Part shown: in pieces, positions 1 to 10,190 of the stretch
Layout of the letters: the number at the start of each line of letters is the position of its first letter
Numbering within the stretch: the stretch's first letter is position 1
From: a bacterium
GTDB lineage: Bacteria; UBA8248
Direction: 5' to 3'
NCBI GenBank assembly: GCA_963692865.2
Contig: OY843592.1
Location: 3,296,001-3,360,000 of the forward strand
DNA length: 64,000 nucleotides
The notes under the pieces: generated by a model
The model's database searches: none
Told to the model about the DNA's origin: nothing
The model's input: the letters and a program-made list of their open reading frames with translations, nothing else
Made by a program: the position numbers and the translations under genes

Positions 1-854
1 GGGTCCGGCACGGGAACGGCCGAAAGCAACGCCCTTGTGTAGGGGTGCATGGGATTATCGTACAACTCGTCGCAATCCGCCAACTCCACGATCCGGCCCA
101 GATACATCACCGCCACGCGGTGGCACAAGTGGCGCACCACGCTCAAGTCGTGCGCGATGAACAGATAGGTGAGATTGTATTCGTCCCTCAAATCCTCGAG
201 CAAATTGATGATCTGCGCCTGAATGGACACGTCGAGGGCCGAGACGGGCTCGTCGCAGATGATGAATTCGGGCTTCAAGCTCAAGGCGCGGGCGATTCCC
301 ACGCGCTGGCGCTGCCCGCCGCTCATCTCGTGGGGATACCTGTCCGCCATCTTGGGGTTGAGCCCGCAGACGCTGAGCAGTTCGCTGACTCTCTGCTTTC
401 GCTTCTGCGCGTCGGGTTCGATGCCGTGAACGTACATGGGCTCGTCTATCATCTCGCCGATCTTCATGCGCGGATTCAGCGAACTGTAGGGGTCCTGGAA
501 GATGACCTGTATCTTCCGCCGGTATTCGCGCAGCGCGACCTGGTCGAGTTTCGCCAAGTCCACGCCCTCGAAGAATATCTCGCCCTCCGTGGGGCGTTCG
601 AGCTGGAGGATGCACCTGCCCGTCGTCGTCTTGCCGCAGCCGCTCTCGCCCACGAGGCCCAGCGTCTCGCCCCGTCGGATGTGAAAGTCCACGCCGTCCA
701 CCGCTTTCACGAGGCCGACGAGCTTGTTGAACACGATCCCCTCGGTGATGGGGAAGTGCATCTTGAGGCCCTTGACGTCCACGAGAACGTCCCCCGCCTC
801 CCCGTTTCGGGAGAGTCGGGCGCCGCTTTCGAGAGTAGCTGCGTCGGCCGTCAT
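1..854 (-). CDS. Oligopeptide/dipeptide ABC transporter ATP-binding subunit (OppF/DppF-like); 3' end runs off the window
   Basis: Not in the ORF track. My translation from ATG 854 gives MTADAATL...[15 protein letters not shown]...VKAVDGV, then Walker [10 protein letters not shown] and SGGQRQR. Lies directly downstream of the OppD-like gene. Confidence 0.88.
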   Translation of the reverse strand, partial: MTADAATLESGARLSRNGEAGDVLVDVKGLKMHFPITEGIVFNKLVGLVKAVDGVDFHIRRGETLGLVGESGCGKTTTGRCILQLERPTEGEIFFEGVDLAKLDQVALREYRRKIQVIFQDPYSSLNPRMKIGEMIDEPMYVHGIEPDAQKRKQRVSELLSVCGLNPKMADRYPHEMSGGQRQRVGIARALSLKPEFIICDEPVSALDVSIQAQIINLLEDLRDEYNLTYLFIAHDLSVVRHLCHRVAVMYLGRIVELADCDELYDNPMHPYTRALLSAVPVPD

Positions 855-858
855 TCGC

Positions 859-1848
859 TCATCCTCCCGCCGTTTCGAGGTTTCCCTTTTCCCAACAGGC
901 GGCGAGATGGCCGTTCCCGATAGTTTCGAGCGGCGGAATCTCGCTTTCGCACCTGTCCGCGGCGAACTTGCACCGGGGCAAAAAAGAGCAGCCCCCGCCC
1001 AGCCGCGTGAGGTCGGGCGGCTGTCCGTCGATGGGGTCAAGGCGCTTTTGCCTGGGCTGGTCGAGCCTCGGCACCGAACTCAGCAGCCCCAGGGTGTATG
1101 GATGCCTCGGTTCGCGGTAGATGTCCGCCGCAAGGCCGCGCTCGATGATCTTTCCGGCGTACATGACGTTCACGCGGTCCGCGTAGCGGGCCACGACGCC
1201 CAAGTTGTGCGTGATGATGATGAGCGCAACGCCCATGCGTTTGGTGAGGTCCTTCATCAACTCCAGAATCTGGGCCTGTATGGTGACGTCCAGGGCCGTC
1301 GTCGGCTCATCGGCGATGATGAGCTTGGGCTCGCAGCAAAGCGCCATCGCGATCATCACCCTCTGGCGCATTCCGCCGCTCAGGTGGTGCGGGTACTGCC
1401 GGATTCGCCGCTCGGGCTCGGAGATTCCCACGAGGCGGAGATATTCGACCGCCTTTTTCTCCGCATCGGCCCTGTCCATGCCGATGTGGTGCTCCATCGT
1501 CTCGGTGAGCTGCAGCCCGATGGTCAGCACGGGGTTCAGGGAAGTCATGGGCTCCTGGAAGATCATGCCGATCTGGCGGCCCCGGATGTTCCTGATCTGG
1601 ATGTCGTCGAGCCGGATCAGATCGTCGCCCAGAAAGCGTATCGCTCCCCCGACGATGCGGCCGGGCGGATTCGGTATGAGGCCGAGAACGGAGAGCGCGC
1701 TGACAGACTTCCCGCAGCCCGACTCGCCGACTATCGCCACCGTCTCGCCTTCCTGCACGTCGTAGGAGATGCCGTCGACCGCCTTGACGACGCCGGAGGA
1801 GGTGAAAAAATGCGTTCTCAAGTCCTCGATTTCCAGAAGCGCGCTCAA
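859..1848 (-). CDS. Oligopeptide/dipeptide ABC transporter ATP-binding subunit (OppD/DppD-like)
   Basis: [28 protein letters not shown] and the C-terminal GCSFLPRC motif. Confidence 0.93.
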   Translation of the reverse strand: MSALLEIEDLRTHFFTSSGVVKAVDGISYDVQEGETVAIVGESGCGKSVSALSVLGLIPNPPGRIVGGAIRFLGDDLIRLDDIQIRNIRGRQIGMIFQEPMTSLNPVLTIGLQLTETMEHHIGMDRADAEKKAVEYLRLVGISEPERRIRQYPHHLSGGMRQRVMIAMALCCEPKLIIADEPTTALDVTIQAQILELMKDLTKRMGVALIIITHNLGVVARYADRVNVMYAGKIIERGLAADIYREPRHPYTLGLLSSVPRLDQPRQKRLDPIDGQPPDLTRLGGGCSFLPRCKFAADRCESEIPPLETIGNGHLAACWEKGNLETAGG

Positions 1849-2026
1849 AGACCCCTACCCTTACGAAAACAGCCGGAAACAATCCCGAAAAATGTCATTT
1901 GAATCTTGGTGAATTCAAGGTACGGAGAACACTAAATCTTGTTGAAGGCAAAGTCAATCGGCGATTTTCGGCCTGCGGACGAAGCCTTTCTACGGGATCA
2001 AACCGTGGCGCGAAACGCGGCGTCAG

Positions 2027-2289
2027 GGGGTTGTTGAAAAAGTCCTCCAGGGGGAAATGATGTCCCAAAGAGCGCCGCCCGATGCGGGAAGGTGGTTTTG
2101 CTCCTCGCTTTTGATCGTCATTCCGGCGAAAGCCGGAATCCATTTACGGGTGCGGGTGAATGAAAGACGGCTTTTCATTCCCCGCCTATGCGCGGGAACC
2201 CTGACGAAAGGCAAAAGGCGTAAAAATGGATTCCGGCTTTCGCCGGAATGACGGCAAACCCTCCTACATCGAGGTTTTTCAACAACCCC
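2027..2289. mobile_element. MITE-like element with 15-bp terminal inverted repeats carrying a REP-type palindrome pair
   Basis: GGGGTTGTTGAAAAA (2027-2041) ... TTTTTCAACAACCCC (2275-2289). Internal inverted pair CGTCATTCCGGCGAAAGCCGGAATCCA (2116-2142) and its reverse complement (2227-2253). Confidence 0.8.
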
Positions 2290-2290
2290 A

Positions 2291-4402
2291 TCAAGCATCG
2301 TTTCCGGTGATGACGAGCCCATCCGCCACCAGGCACCCCCCGCCCCTCTCGCGCAGAAAAACGGGGTTCAAATCCATCTCCTCAATCCGCCCGCGGTGGG
2401 CGAAAGCGGCGTCTCCCAGGAGGCATACGGCCTCGGCGAACGCTGTTTTATCCAGCGGCCCGCGCCCCCGGCGGCTCTCGAAAACCTTCTTGCACTTGAG
2501 TTCATCCATCATCTCGTTGGCGTCATCGAGCGTGAGCGGGGCGACGCGCATGCTCACGTCGTCGAGTAGCTCCACATCCAGGCCGCCGAGTCCAATCGTC
2601 ACCACAAGACCGAACTGTGGGTCCCTTTTCACACCGAGCAAGAATTCCACACCGCCCTCGACCTGCTCCTGAAGCAGGTAGCCCTCCAGTTCGCACGCCT
2701 CCCGCAGTCTAGCGACCTCGGCGAGCGCGCCTTCGAGCGCCGCCTCATCGCCGAGGCCCGTTTTCACCAGTCCCCGCTCCGTTTTGTGGTGAATTTTCGA
2801 GGACACGCCCTTCAAAACGAGGGGAAATCGCAAATCACGCGCCGCGCGGCGAACCTCCTCACCCGAACGGCAGAACCGGTGCGCCACAACGGGCAAGCCA
2901 AAATCACGAGCGAGAGCCAGGCTTTGCGCCTCGTTCAGGACGCTCGCACTCGATAGTTTTTCCGCAATCAAGGGAGATGACGCTTGATACGCGGAGCGGG
3001 ATGCGCTTTTTCGCTCTCTTTTCAACACCTTCTCATATCGAACCAGGGCGGCCGCCGCGTGCGCGCAGCCCGGGATGGACTGAAAAGAGGCGATCCCCTC
3101 CCCCGCGAGCAGCCTGTGCGCATGCTCCGCATGGGGATTGAAATAGGCCAGCATGGGAACGCCGGGGTTCGTTTGCTTCAAGCGCACGATGGGCTCGACC
3201 CCCATCCCGGGCTTGAACTGCGCGCTCGAACCCACGATGGGAATCACCACGTCGAAGCAGCCGCTCTTGAGATAAGATTCGAGAAAATCAGAATACAGGT
3301 GAATGTCGGCGATGGTGGTGTCGAGCGGGTTCTCCATCCGCCCGAAGGCGGGGTGTTTTTCCTTCATTCGGGTACGGAGCGCGTCATCCACCTCGGCGAT
3401 TTCGAGGCCCAAGGCGCCGCACTTGTCGGCCATCAAGGCGCCGGCGCCGCCCGTCGTCGTTACGACTCCCAGTCTATTGCCTTCGGGAAGCGCCGAGACG
3501 CAGAACATGTGGGCGACCTCGAAAAGCGCTTCGAGGTCATCCACCCGCGCGACGCCCCACTTTCGGAACAGCGCCTCATATACCCTGTCCTCACCCACCA
3601 TGGCCCCCGTGTGGCTCAGGGCCGCTCGCTCCCCCTCGCGCGCTTCGCCCACTTTCAGCACGACCAGGGGTTTTTCCCGCCTCAGGGCCTTTTGGAGAAC
3701 TTTTTTGAACTTCTCCCCGTCGCGCACGCCTTCGAGATATACCGCGATGGCGCGGGTGTGGGGGTCGTCAATGAGATAATCGAGATAATCGGAGACCTCC
3801 AGGTCCATCTCGTTGCCGCAGGAGATGAGATGACTGAAGCCGACCCCGCGCTGCGTCGCGCGCGAGAGCAGCGCGCCGCCGATGCTTCCGCTCTGGCAGA
3901 CCACCCCGATGCCCCCGGGCAGCATCTCCTCCACGTCGAGCGCTATCAGGCCCGCCAGATGAAAATTGTGATGAAAGTTGTGCACGCCCGCCGTGTTCGG
4001 CCCGCAGACGCGGATGCCGGAATCCCGGGCGATGCGCTGGATTTCGGCTTCCAGGCGCGCGCCCGCCTCATCCGACTCGGAAAAACCGCCGGTATAGATG
4101 ATGGCCGCGCCCACCCCCGCCCCTGCGCATTGGCGCAGCACGCCCGCAACGCGCTCTCGTCCCACGGTGATGAAGGCGACGTCCGGCCCTTCGGGGAGCG
4201 CATCGAGCCTCGGCAGACAGCGCAGGCCGGCCACTTCTTCGTATTTGGGGTTTACGGGATAGACCCTGCCCGCAAATCCGTGGCGCAGGAGATTCTTCGC
4301 CACGCGGCCGTTGAATTGCTCCAGGTTCGCCGACGCTCCGACGATGGCTACCGACTCAGGTTTAAGAAGGCGCGCAAGGCTCTCGGTGGTTGCGGTCTGC
4401 AT
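2291..4402 (-). CDS. Acetate/acyl-CoA ligase (ADP-forming) family: CoA-binding domain plus ATP-grasp
   Basis: PESVAIVGAS, YPVNP, GPN, QSG, SHTGAM (phospho-His), HKTE and EMDLNPV motifs. Confidence 0.9.
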   Translation of the reverse strand: MQTATTESLARLLKPESVAIVGASANLEQFNGRVAKNLLRHGFAGRVYPVNPKYEEVAGLRCLPRLDALPEGPDVAFITVGRERVAGVLRQCAGAGVGAAIIYTGGFSESDEAGARLEAEIQRIARDSGIRVCGPNTAGVHNFHHNFHLAGLIALDVEEMLPGGIGVVCQSGSIGGALLSRATQRGVGFSHLISCGNEMDLEVSDYLDYLIDDPHTRAIAVYLEGVRDGEKFKKVLQKALRREKPLVVLKVGEAREGERAALSHTGAMVGEDRVYEALFRKWGVARVDDLEALFEVAHMFCVSALPEGNRLGVVTTTGGAGALMADKCGALGLEIAEVDDALRTRMKEKHPAFGRMENPLDTTIADIHLYSDFLESYLKSGCFDVVIPIVGSSAQFKPGMGVEPIVRLKQTNPGVPMLAYFNPHAEHAHRLLAGEGIASFQSIPGCAHAAAALVRYEKVLKRERKSASRSAYQASSPLIAEKLSSASVLNEAQSLALARDFGLPVVAHRFCRSGEEVRRAARDLRFPLVLKGVSSKIHHKTERGLVKTGLGDEAALEGALAEVARLREACELEGYLLQEQVEGGVEFLLGVKRDPQFGLVVTIGLGGLDVELLDDVSMRVAPLTLDDANEMMDELKCKKVFESRRGRGPLDKTAFAEAVCLLGDAAFAHRGRIEEMDLNPVFLRERGGGCLVADGLVITGNDA

Positions 4403-4440
4403 GATCAGGAGAATTCCCTAAAATTCATGGCGAGCGAAAA

Positions 4441-5592
4441 CTACGCCTTCGGCGGGCGCTGGCTGAAGGGCCGCTCGTAGATCAGGGAGGCCAGGCGGTT
4501 TCTCAGCATCTCGGTGGAGCCTCCCGCGATGGACCATCCGCGAATCTTGCGGTAGAGAAATTCGAGCGGCATCTCGGTCGAAAAGCCGTAGCCGCCGTGA
4601 AGTTGAATCGCGTCGTCCGCCACTTGGCGCGCCATCTCGTTGCAGTAGAGCTTGGCGCTCGTCGTCTCCAGGGCGGAGGGCAGGCCCGCGCGCGCGTTCG
4701 ATAGCGCCCGGTAGAGGAGCAGGCGCGCCGCCTCGAGTTTGACCCGCATGTCCGCCACCATCCACTGCACTCCCTGAAACTCGCACAGGGGGCGGCCGAA
4801 CTGCCGCCTCTCGCCGGTGTGGGCGACCGTCAAGTCGTAGGCCGCCTGCGCCAGGGCAAGGCAGCGCGTGGCGTTTCCGAGCCGCTCCACGTTGAACACG
4901 GGCATGAGCACCCGGAAACCCTCCTCATCCACCAGCACGTTCTCCCTGGGGATGCGCGCGTTCTCGAAATGAAGCGCGCAGTGCGCCTCCCCGCTCATGT
5001 AGTGTTCGGTCTTTCCCTTCGTGAAGCCGGGCGTTCCCGTTTCGACCACGACGGCGCCACAATCCCGCGTCCTGGGGCCGAAGCGGACGTAGACGACGAA
5101 CAAGTCCGCGTGCGGGGCGTTCGAGCTGAAGCACTTCCGGCCGTTCACGAGCACGCTCTCGCCGTCATATTCCGCCGTGGTCTGCAAGTCCGTGGCAGCC
5201 GAGCCGGCGTCCGGCTCCGTCATGCTGATGGAGACGATCTTCTCCCCACGGCATATCGGCGGCAGAAACTGATCTTTCTGCTCGGCGGAGCCCAACTCGT
5301 CTATCACGCGGATGGGTCCCATGTTCCCCATCTGCACCACGTCGCCGCTGTGGGGACACACCTGAGAGACCGCCTCCATCACCAGGCAGGCTTCGAAAAT
5401 CGATTGCCCCTCGCCGTGGGGTTCGGCCACCGTCATCCCCATCATGCCGTGCTCGGCCAGCACCTTCATGGAGCGCCGGGGGTACTCGCCCGTTCGCGCA
5501 TAGGAGAAGGCGTCGCCGGCGAACTCCCTCAAGGCCAGCTCCCGAGCCGTCTGCCGGAGCAGGCGGTCCGATTCTTCGAGACTGAAATCCAC
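4441..5592 (-). CDS. Acyl-CoA dehydrogenase family protein
   Basis: MTEPDAGS, NGRKCF, RRQFGRPL and QLHGGYG motifs. Confidence 0.93.
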   Translation of the reverse strand: MDFSLEESDRLLRQTARELALREFAGDAFSYARTGEYPRRSMKVLAEHGMMGMTVAEPHGEGQSIFEACLVMEAVSQVCPHSGDVVQMGNMGPIRVIDELGSAEQKDQFLPPICRGEKIVSISMTEPDAGSAATDLQTTAEYDGESVLVNGRKCFSSNAPHADLFVVYVRFGPRTRDCGAVVVETGTPGFTKGKTEHYMSGEAHCALHFENARIPRENVLVDEEGFRVLMPVFNVERLGNATRCLALAQAAYDLTVAHTGERRQFGRPLCEFQGVQWMVADMRVKLEAARLLLYRALSNARAGLPSALETTSAKLYCNEMARQVADDAIQLHGGYGFSTEMPLEFLYRKIRGWSIAGGSTEMLRNRLASLIYERPFSQRPPKA

Positions 5593-5848
5593 GTAATCTC
5601 CTTTTCAATCCGCTCAAGTGATGCCGCCGATAATGACTGAATGCGCTCCCCGGCCCAGAGATTCGCCTTACCGGGGCATGCGCGGCGCCTCCAAGTTTTA
5701 CAACACCTTTGCTTTCGAGGCGAGACGATGGCGCACACTGCTGGAGCCATGCCGCACCGCGATCAAAACGCCCCCGCTAATTCCGTTTTGCTCGCCCCCC
5801 GAATTGCTCTACAATTCCCTGAATCCATCACCCGTCCGGGAGTCCGCG

Positions 5849-6550
5849 ATGACAGCATCTGAAGAAGCCCAATTCCGCGTCGGCCTTCTGGTTCCCTCCT
5901 CGAACGCCACGATGGAGCGCGATTTTCACAGGAACCTGCCCGAGGAAGTCCACGTCGCCACCTCGCGCATGTTCCTGGACGAGACGACGAAACAGGCCGA
6001 AATCCGCATGCTCGAGGAATCCCTGCCCGAGGCGAACCGGATGCTCAAGACGGTCGCGCCGCATTTCTGCGTCTTCGGCTGCACGTCCGGCGGCGCGCTC
6101 TTCGGGCAGTCGCATGATAAGAAAATACAGGCGCAAATCGAGGAGGAAACCGGCGCCGAGACGGCCACCATTCTCTCGGCGCTCGCCCGTGAATTCGACG
6201 ACATGAACGCGAAAAAACTCGTGGTGCTCACCCCCTACGTCGATGAACTGAACGCGCCCATACGCGCTTCGCTCGAGGAAGACGGGCTGGAAGTCCTCTC
6301 GATAGACGGCATGGGAATAACGGACAACATCGAAATCGGCAACACGCGGGCGGATAAAATCCTCAAATTCGCGGACGAGAAGCTCTCCACGCAAAACCTC
6401 AAAAAAGCGGACTGCCTTTTCATCTCCTGCACGAACCTGCCCGCCGTAGACGCGCTGCCGGAGATTCAGACCCGCTACCCCGGCCTGCCCGTGATGACGA
6501 GCAACCTGGCCGCTCTCATGGCCGTGCGCAGAAAATTGGACGGAGAATAG
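5849..6550 (+). CDS. Maleate cis-trans isomerase / Asp-Glu racemase family protein
   Basis: VGLLVPSSN, GCTSG, LTPY and ISCTNL (two catalytic Cys). Start moved to ATG 5849 after GGGAG. Confidence 0.85.
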   Translation: MTASEEAQFRVGLLVPSSNATMERDFHRNLPEEVHVATSRMFLDETTKQAEIRMLEESLPEANRMLKTVAPHFCVFGCTSGGALFGQSHDKKIQAQIEEETGAETATILSALAREFDDMNAKKLVVLTPYVDELNAPIRASLEEDGLEVLSIDGMGITDNIEIGNTRADKILKFADEKLSTQNLKKADCLFISCTNLPAVDALPEIQTRYPGLPVMTSNLAALMAVRRKLDGE

Positions 6551-6710
6551 CGCCGCACCCCAGGTGTGTCTTCGTCTTTCTGTGATAGGAAAACCGGTGT
6601 AGGATGCGAACTCGTTATTTCGACATCACGGCATCCGGCATCAGGGCCTCTCGGGGCGTGTGTTCAGTAGCAGGATGCGCATGAACTTCACCAGAATGGA
6701 GTGACCTACT

Positions 6711-8087
6711 TTGGAAGCGCGCGTACTTTCTCCTTGCGGCGTCATCGGCTCTGGTTTCCCCGAAAGCTCATTCGAGCGCGGACTGTCCATGAAGCCCCAC
6801 GTCATCGCCTGCGACGGGGGCTCGACGGACAACGGACCGGCATTTCTGGGCGCGGGAAAACCGAACTTCTCCAGATCGGCGACCAAACGCGATCTCAAGC
6901 TCATGCTCCAGGGGCGCGAGAGCCTGGGCGTTCCCGTTATCGTGGGTTCATGCGGCACGGCGGGCGGCGACGCGGGTCTGGAATGGATGCGCGACATTTG
7001 TCTGGAAATCGCCCGCGAGGAGGGCCTGAACTTCAAACTCGCCCTGGTCCGAGGCGAACAGGATAAGGCCTATCTCAAGAAAAGATACAAAGAGGGCCGC
7101 ATCCAGGCGCTCGACCCGGCTCCCCCGCTCGATGAGGAAATTATCGACAAAAGCGCGCACATCGTGGGGATGATGGGGGATGAACCCATCGCCCGCGCGC
7201 TCGATGAGGGAGCGGACGTGGTGCTGACCGGCAGGGCTTCGGACACCTCGGTCTTCGCCTGCCACCCCGTGCGAATGGGCGCGGACAGGGGCCTCGCCTG
7301 GCATGCGGCGAAGATACTCGAGTGCGGCGCGGCCTGCGCGGTGCACCGGGCGCGGCCGGACGGCTGTTTCGCCTGGATTCGCGACGATCACTTCGTGGTC
7401 GAGCCGCTCAACCCGCAGATGTACTGCACCCCGCAGAGCGTGGCCTCGCACACCCTGTATGAGAACACCGATCCTTTCTTCATCACCGAGCCCGCGGGCG
7501 TCCTCGACACGAGCCATTCTACCTACTCGGCGGAAAGCGAGCGCGCCGTGCGCGTGAAAGGTTCCGAATTCCATACGGCGGAGCGTTATTCCATCAAGCT
7601 CGAGGGGGCGGAACTCGTCGGCTACCAGTCGGTGATCATCGGCGGGGTGCGCGACCCCATGATCCTCAAGCAACTCGACTCCTGGCTCGACGGCATCCGG
7701 GAGGGCTTCGAGACGCGCGTTCAGGAAATCTTCCCCGACCGCGAAACGCCGCCCACCCATCAACTCAACATCCGCGTGTTCGGGCGCGACGCCGTGATGG
7801 GAGCGCTCGAACCAGAGGCAAGCCGGATTCCGCATGAGGTGGGCGTACTCTTCGAGGTGACGGCGGAGGATCAGGTATCCGCCGGCACGATGGCGGCCAC
7901 GCTGGCCCATTTCGCGCTTCACTACCCCATCCCCGAGTGGAGCGGCCTCATCTCGACGCTGGCGTTTCCCTTCACGCCTGCGGAACTCGAAAAAGGCCCC
8001 GTCTTCCGCTTCAACCTGAACCACGTCGTCTATCCCGACGACCCCTACGAGATGTTCCCCGCCGAGATGATGGAGGTGGCGAACTGA
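6711..8087 (+). CDS. AtuA-like (acyclic terpene utilisation / DUF1446) protein
   Basis: DGGSTDNGP, GSCGTAG, GRASD, WHAAKILECG and SHTLYEN motifs; TTG start. Confidence 0.82.
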   Translation: MEARVLSPCGVIGSGFPESSFERGLSMKPHVIACDGGSTDNGPAFLGAGKPNFSRSATKRDLKLMLQGRESLGVPVIVGSCGTAGGDAGLEWMRDICLEIAREEGLNFKLALVRGEQDKAYLKKRYKEGRIQALDPAPPLDEEIIDKSAHIVGMMGDEPIARALDEGADVVLTGRASDTSVFACHPVRMGADRGLAWHAAKILECGAACAVHRARPDGCFAWIRDDHFVVEPLNPQMYCTPQSVASHTLYENTDPFFITEPAGVLDTSHSTYSAESERAVRVKGSEFHTAERYSIKLEGAELVGYQSVIIGGVRDPMILKQLDSWLDGIREGFETRVQEIFPDRETPPTHQLNIRVFGRDAVMGALEPEASRIPHEVGVLFEVTAEDQVSAGTMAATLAHFALHYPIPEWSGLISTLAFPFTPAELEKGPVFRFNLNHVVYPDDPYEMFPAEMMEVAN

Positions 8088-8401
8088 TGGCCACGCTCGG
8101 CGAACTCGCAAAACTCATCCGCTCGAAAAACGCAGGGCCGTTCAACCTCACGTTCGACGTCATGTTCGATGAGGAGGAAACCTACCGGCGCGTGGTGGAG
8201 GCGAACGTCCTCACAAAGGAGGTGTTCTGCCGCCTCTACAATCTGGCGGAGGAAAATGTGCTGCTCGTCCACCACGACGCCGCGCGCGCGATCAAGATAT
8301 CCATCCCCCGTCCCGTGTTCTCCTGCGACCTCGAAGACGGCGACTGCTACGGCGGCCAGCAGTTCGGCCCCCTCGTCGGCATAGAAGTCCCGGATATATA
8401 A
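8087..8401 (+). CDS. DUF4387 family small protein (usual AtuA-like partner)
   Basis: IRSKNAGPFNLTFD and DCYGGQQ. ATG overlaps the upstream TGA (TGATG). Confidence 0.85.
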   Translation: MATLGELAKLIRSKNAGPFNLTFDVMFDEEETYRRVVEANVLTKEVFCRLYNLAEENVLLVHHDAARAIKISIPRPVFSCDLEDGDCYGGQQFGPLVGIEVPDI

Positions 8402-8423
8402 GCGAAAACTGGAGAAGAGAAAA

Positions 8424-9032
8424 ATGGCGATTCAGACGAACGCAGACGAGATTCGGGCGCTTTTCCCCGAGTTGGAGCAAATCGAAGACTCAGCCTTGCG
8501 CGACGGCGTGATCGACATCTGGCTCGATTTGGCAGCGGAAACAACCTGGGAGCGCTTCGGGGACATTCCCAAGAACCTGAAGGACGAAAAACACATGACG
8601 CTCATCGGCCACGTACAGGGCGTGACGAGCATCGCGGTCGCCATGGCCGATCTCGTCAGGAAACTCCACGGCGTCGAGGTAGACCGCGACCTCCTCATCG
8701 CCTCGTGCGTTCTGCACGACATCTCGAAACCCCTGGAATCCGCGCCCAACCCCGGCGGCCCTCCCACGGGAAGCGATGTGCCGCCCGCGAAAATCACCGA
8801 GTTCGGCGCGAAAATACAGCACGGCGTCTACGGGGCGCACAAGATATGGGAGAAAGGACTGCCCAAGGCGCTCGAACTCGCCCACCTCGTCATCACCCAC
8901 ACGCGCGCGAGCAACACGCGCTCCAGGAGCTATGAGGCAGCGCTCCTTTTCTACGCCGACTGGGTGGATTCGGACGCGGGCATCGTCCTCGGCGGAGGAA
9001 CGCCCCTCGCCTCGAAATGGGTGGCGGAGTAG
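8424..9032 (+). CDS. HD-domain metal-dependent phosphohydrolase
   Basis: H...LHDISK...HG...H...D pattern. Confidence 0.8.
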   Translation: MAIQTNADEIRALFPELEQIEDSALRDGVIDIWLDLAAETTWERFGDIPKNLKDEKHMTLIGHVQGVTSIAVAMADLVRKLHGVEVDRDLLIASCVLHDISKPLESAPNPGGPPTGSDVPPAKITEFGAKIQHGVYGAHKIWEKGLPKALELAHLVITHTRASNTRSRSYEAALLFYADWVDSDAGIVLGGGTPLASKWVAE

Positions 9033-9065
9033 AAGCGATCGCGGGGGCGTCTCGCGATATCTTCT

Positions 9066-9968
9066 TCACTCCCCCCACGCGATTGCGAACGCGCCGATTA
9101 CGGACAGGACGCCTCCCATCACGATGCGGATCGTGACGCTCTCCTGTTTTTTCAAGAACAGCCACGAGAAGACGATGACCCACAAGACCGAGAGGCGGTT
9201 GATGGGTATCACCTGCACCACCTCCCCCTCCCGGAACGCCGTCCAGAAGCAAAGGGCGGCCGTCGTATTCGCAACGACCCCGCAGGCGATCGTCACCAGT
9301 CCCCTCGAATTCCAGTTCTTCCCGCCTCCTTCTTCTTTCGTGAACGGCATGGCCAGAAGGAGCAGGACCGTCGCCGTGATGGTGGAAATCGCAATCCCCA
9401 AAGATTCGGACGGTATGAGGAGGAGAGCGTATTTTCTGAAGACGAACGTGAGGGAAAACAGGAAAGAGGCGATGACCGGCACGAGGAAGTAAAGGAGTGA
9501 AACATCCTTCTCACCAGACTCTTTTTTGCCGGATTCTCGTTTGTAGACCAGGAGAACGGCCCCGACCATGATGGCCAGCGTGCCGACGGCCACGCCCGAC
9601 GAGAACCGTTCGCCCAGGATGAACACGCCCATGAGCGCCGACCAGACCAGTACCGACTGCACCATGATCTGCGTCCGCGCCAGGCCGATCAGGCGCATCG
9701 ACCAGAAAATCATGTACCGACCGATAGAACTCCCGAACAGACCGATGAGCATGTACCACATGACGCCCTCCAGGGGCCATGAAATGCTCTCGTCCCAGGC
9801 GAGGTAGAGCAAACTCGCCAGCGCCGCGGTGAGAACGTTCATTGCGATGGCCGCAATCCCCGGTCCGATATGGACCAATGCCTTTCGATAGAATACCTGG
9901 GAGATGGCGACGAAAAACGCCGCGATGAACGACAGGAGGTTCGGGTCCAGGGATTTGAGCAAAATCAC
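9066..9968 (-). CDS. EamA/DMT family transporter
   Basis: About ten hydrophobic segments in two repeats (FILGE, FLKKQE). Confidence 0.85.
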   Translation of the reverse strand: MILLKSLDPNLLSFIAAFFVAISQVFYRKALVHIGPGIAAIAMNVLTAALASLLYLAWDESISWPLEGVMWYMLIGLFGSSIGRYMIFWSMRLIGLARTQIMVQSVLVWSALMGVFILGERFSSGVAVGTLAIMVGAVLLVYKRESGKKESGEKDVSLLYFLVPVIASFLFSLTFVFRKYALLLIPSESLGIAISTITATVLLLLAMPFTKEEGGGKNWNSRGLVTIACGVVANTTAALCFWTAFREGEVVQVIPINRLSVLWVIVFSWLFLKKQESVTIRIVMGGVLSVIGAFAIAWGE

Positions 9969-10190
9969 CCCACAAAAGTACAGTGCGGCCGGCGCTTCCA
10001 GACTACACGGCCGCAGAAGCGGGCATCAGATACGCACTCCGCTCGCGCCGGTCTCGAAAACCGGAGAATCATCCACGACTCGTTCCGATGGGCCTCGCAT
10101 ACGGACGGAAAAGACTCATCCGGCGGAAAGGGCATGATGATCGGAACGGCTCGTGAAAAAGCCGCGCGGGGGAAATCTCTCGCCCTCGGC

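Noticed and set aside
2155-2215. Hammerhead ribozyme suggested by CTGACGA plus GAAA in the repeated module
   Set aside because: Stems I and II cannot be formed next to the core, and the upstream GAAA is not conserved in the copies at 20392 and 27182.
1895-2322. Short ORFs containing WIPAFAGMT, MDSGFRRND or FFNNP (also near 20.4, 23.6, 27.1 and 45.0 kb)
   Set aside because: These are translations of the palindromic repeats and TIRs, not credible genes.
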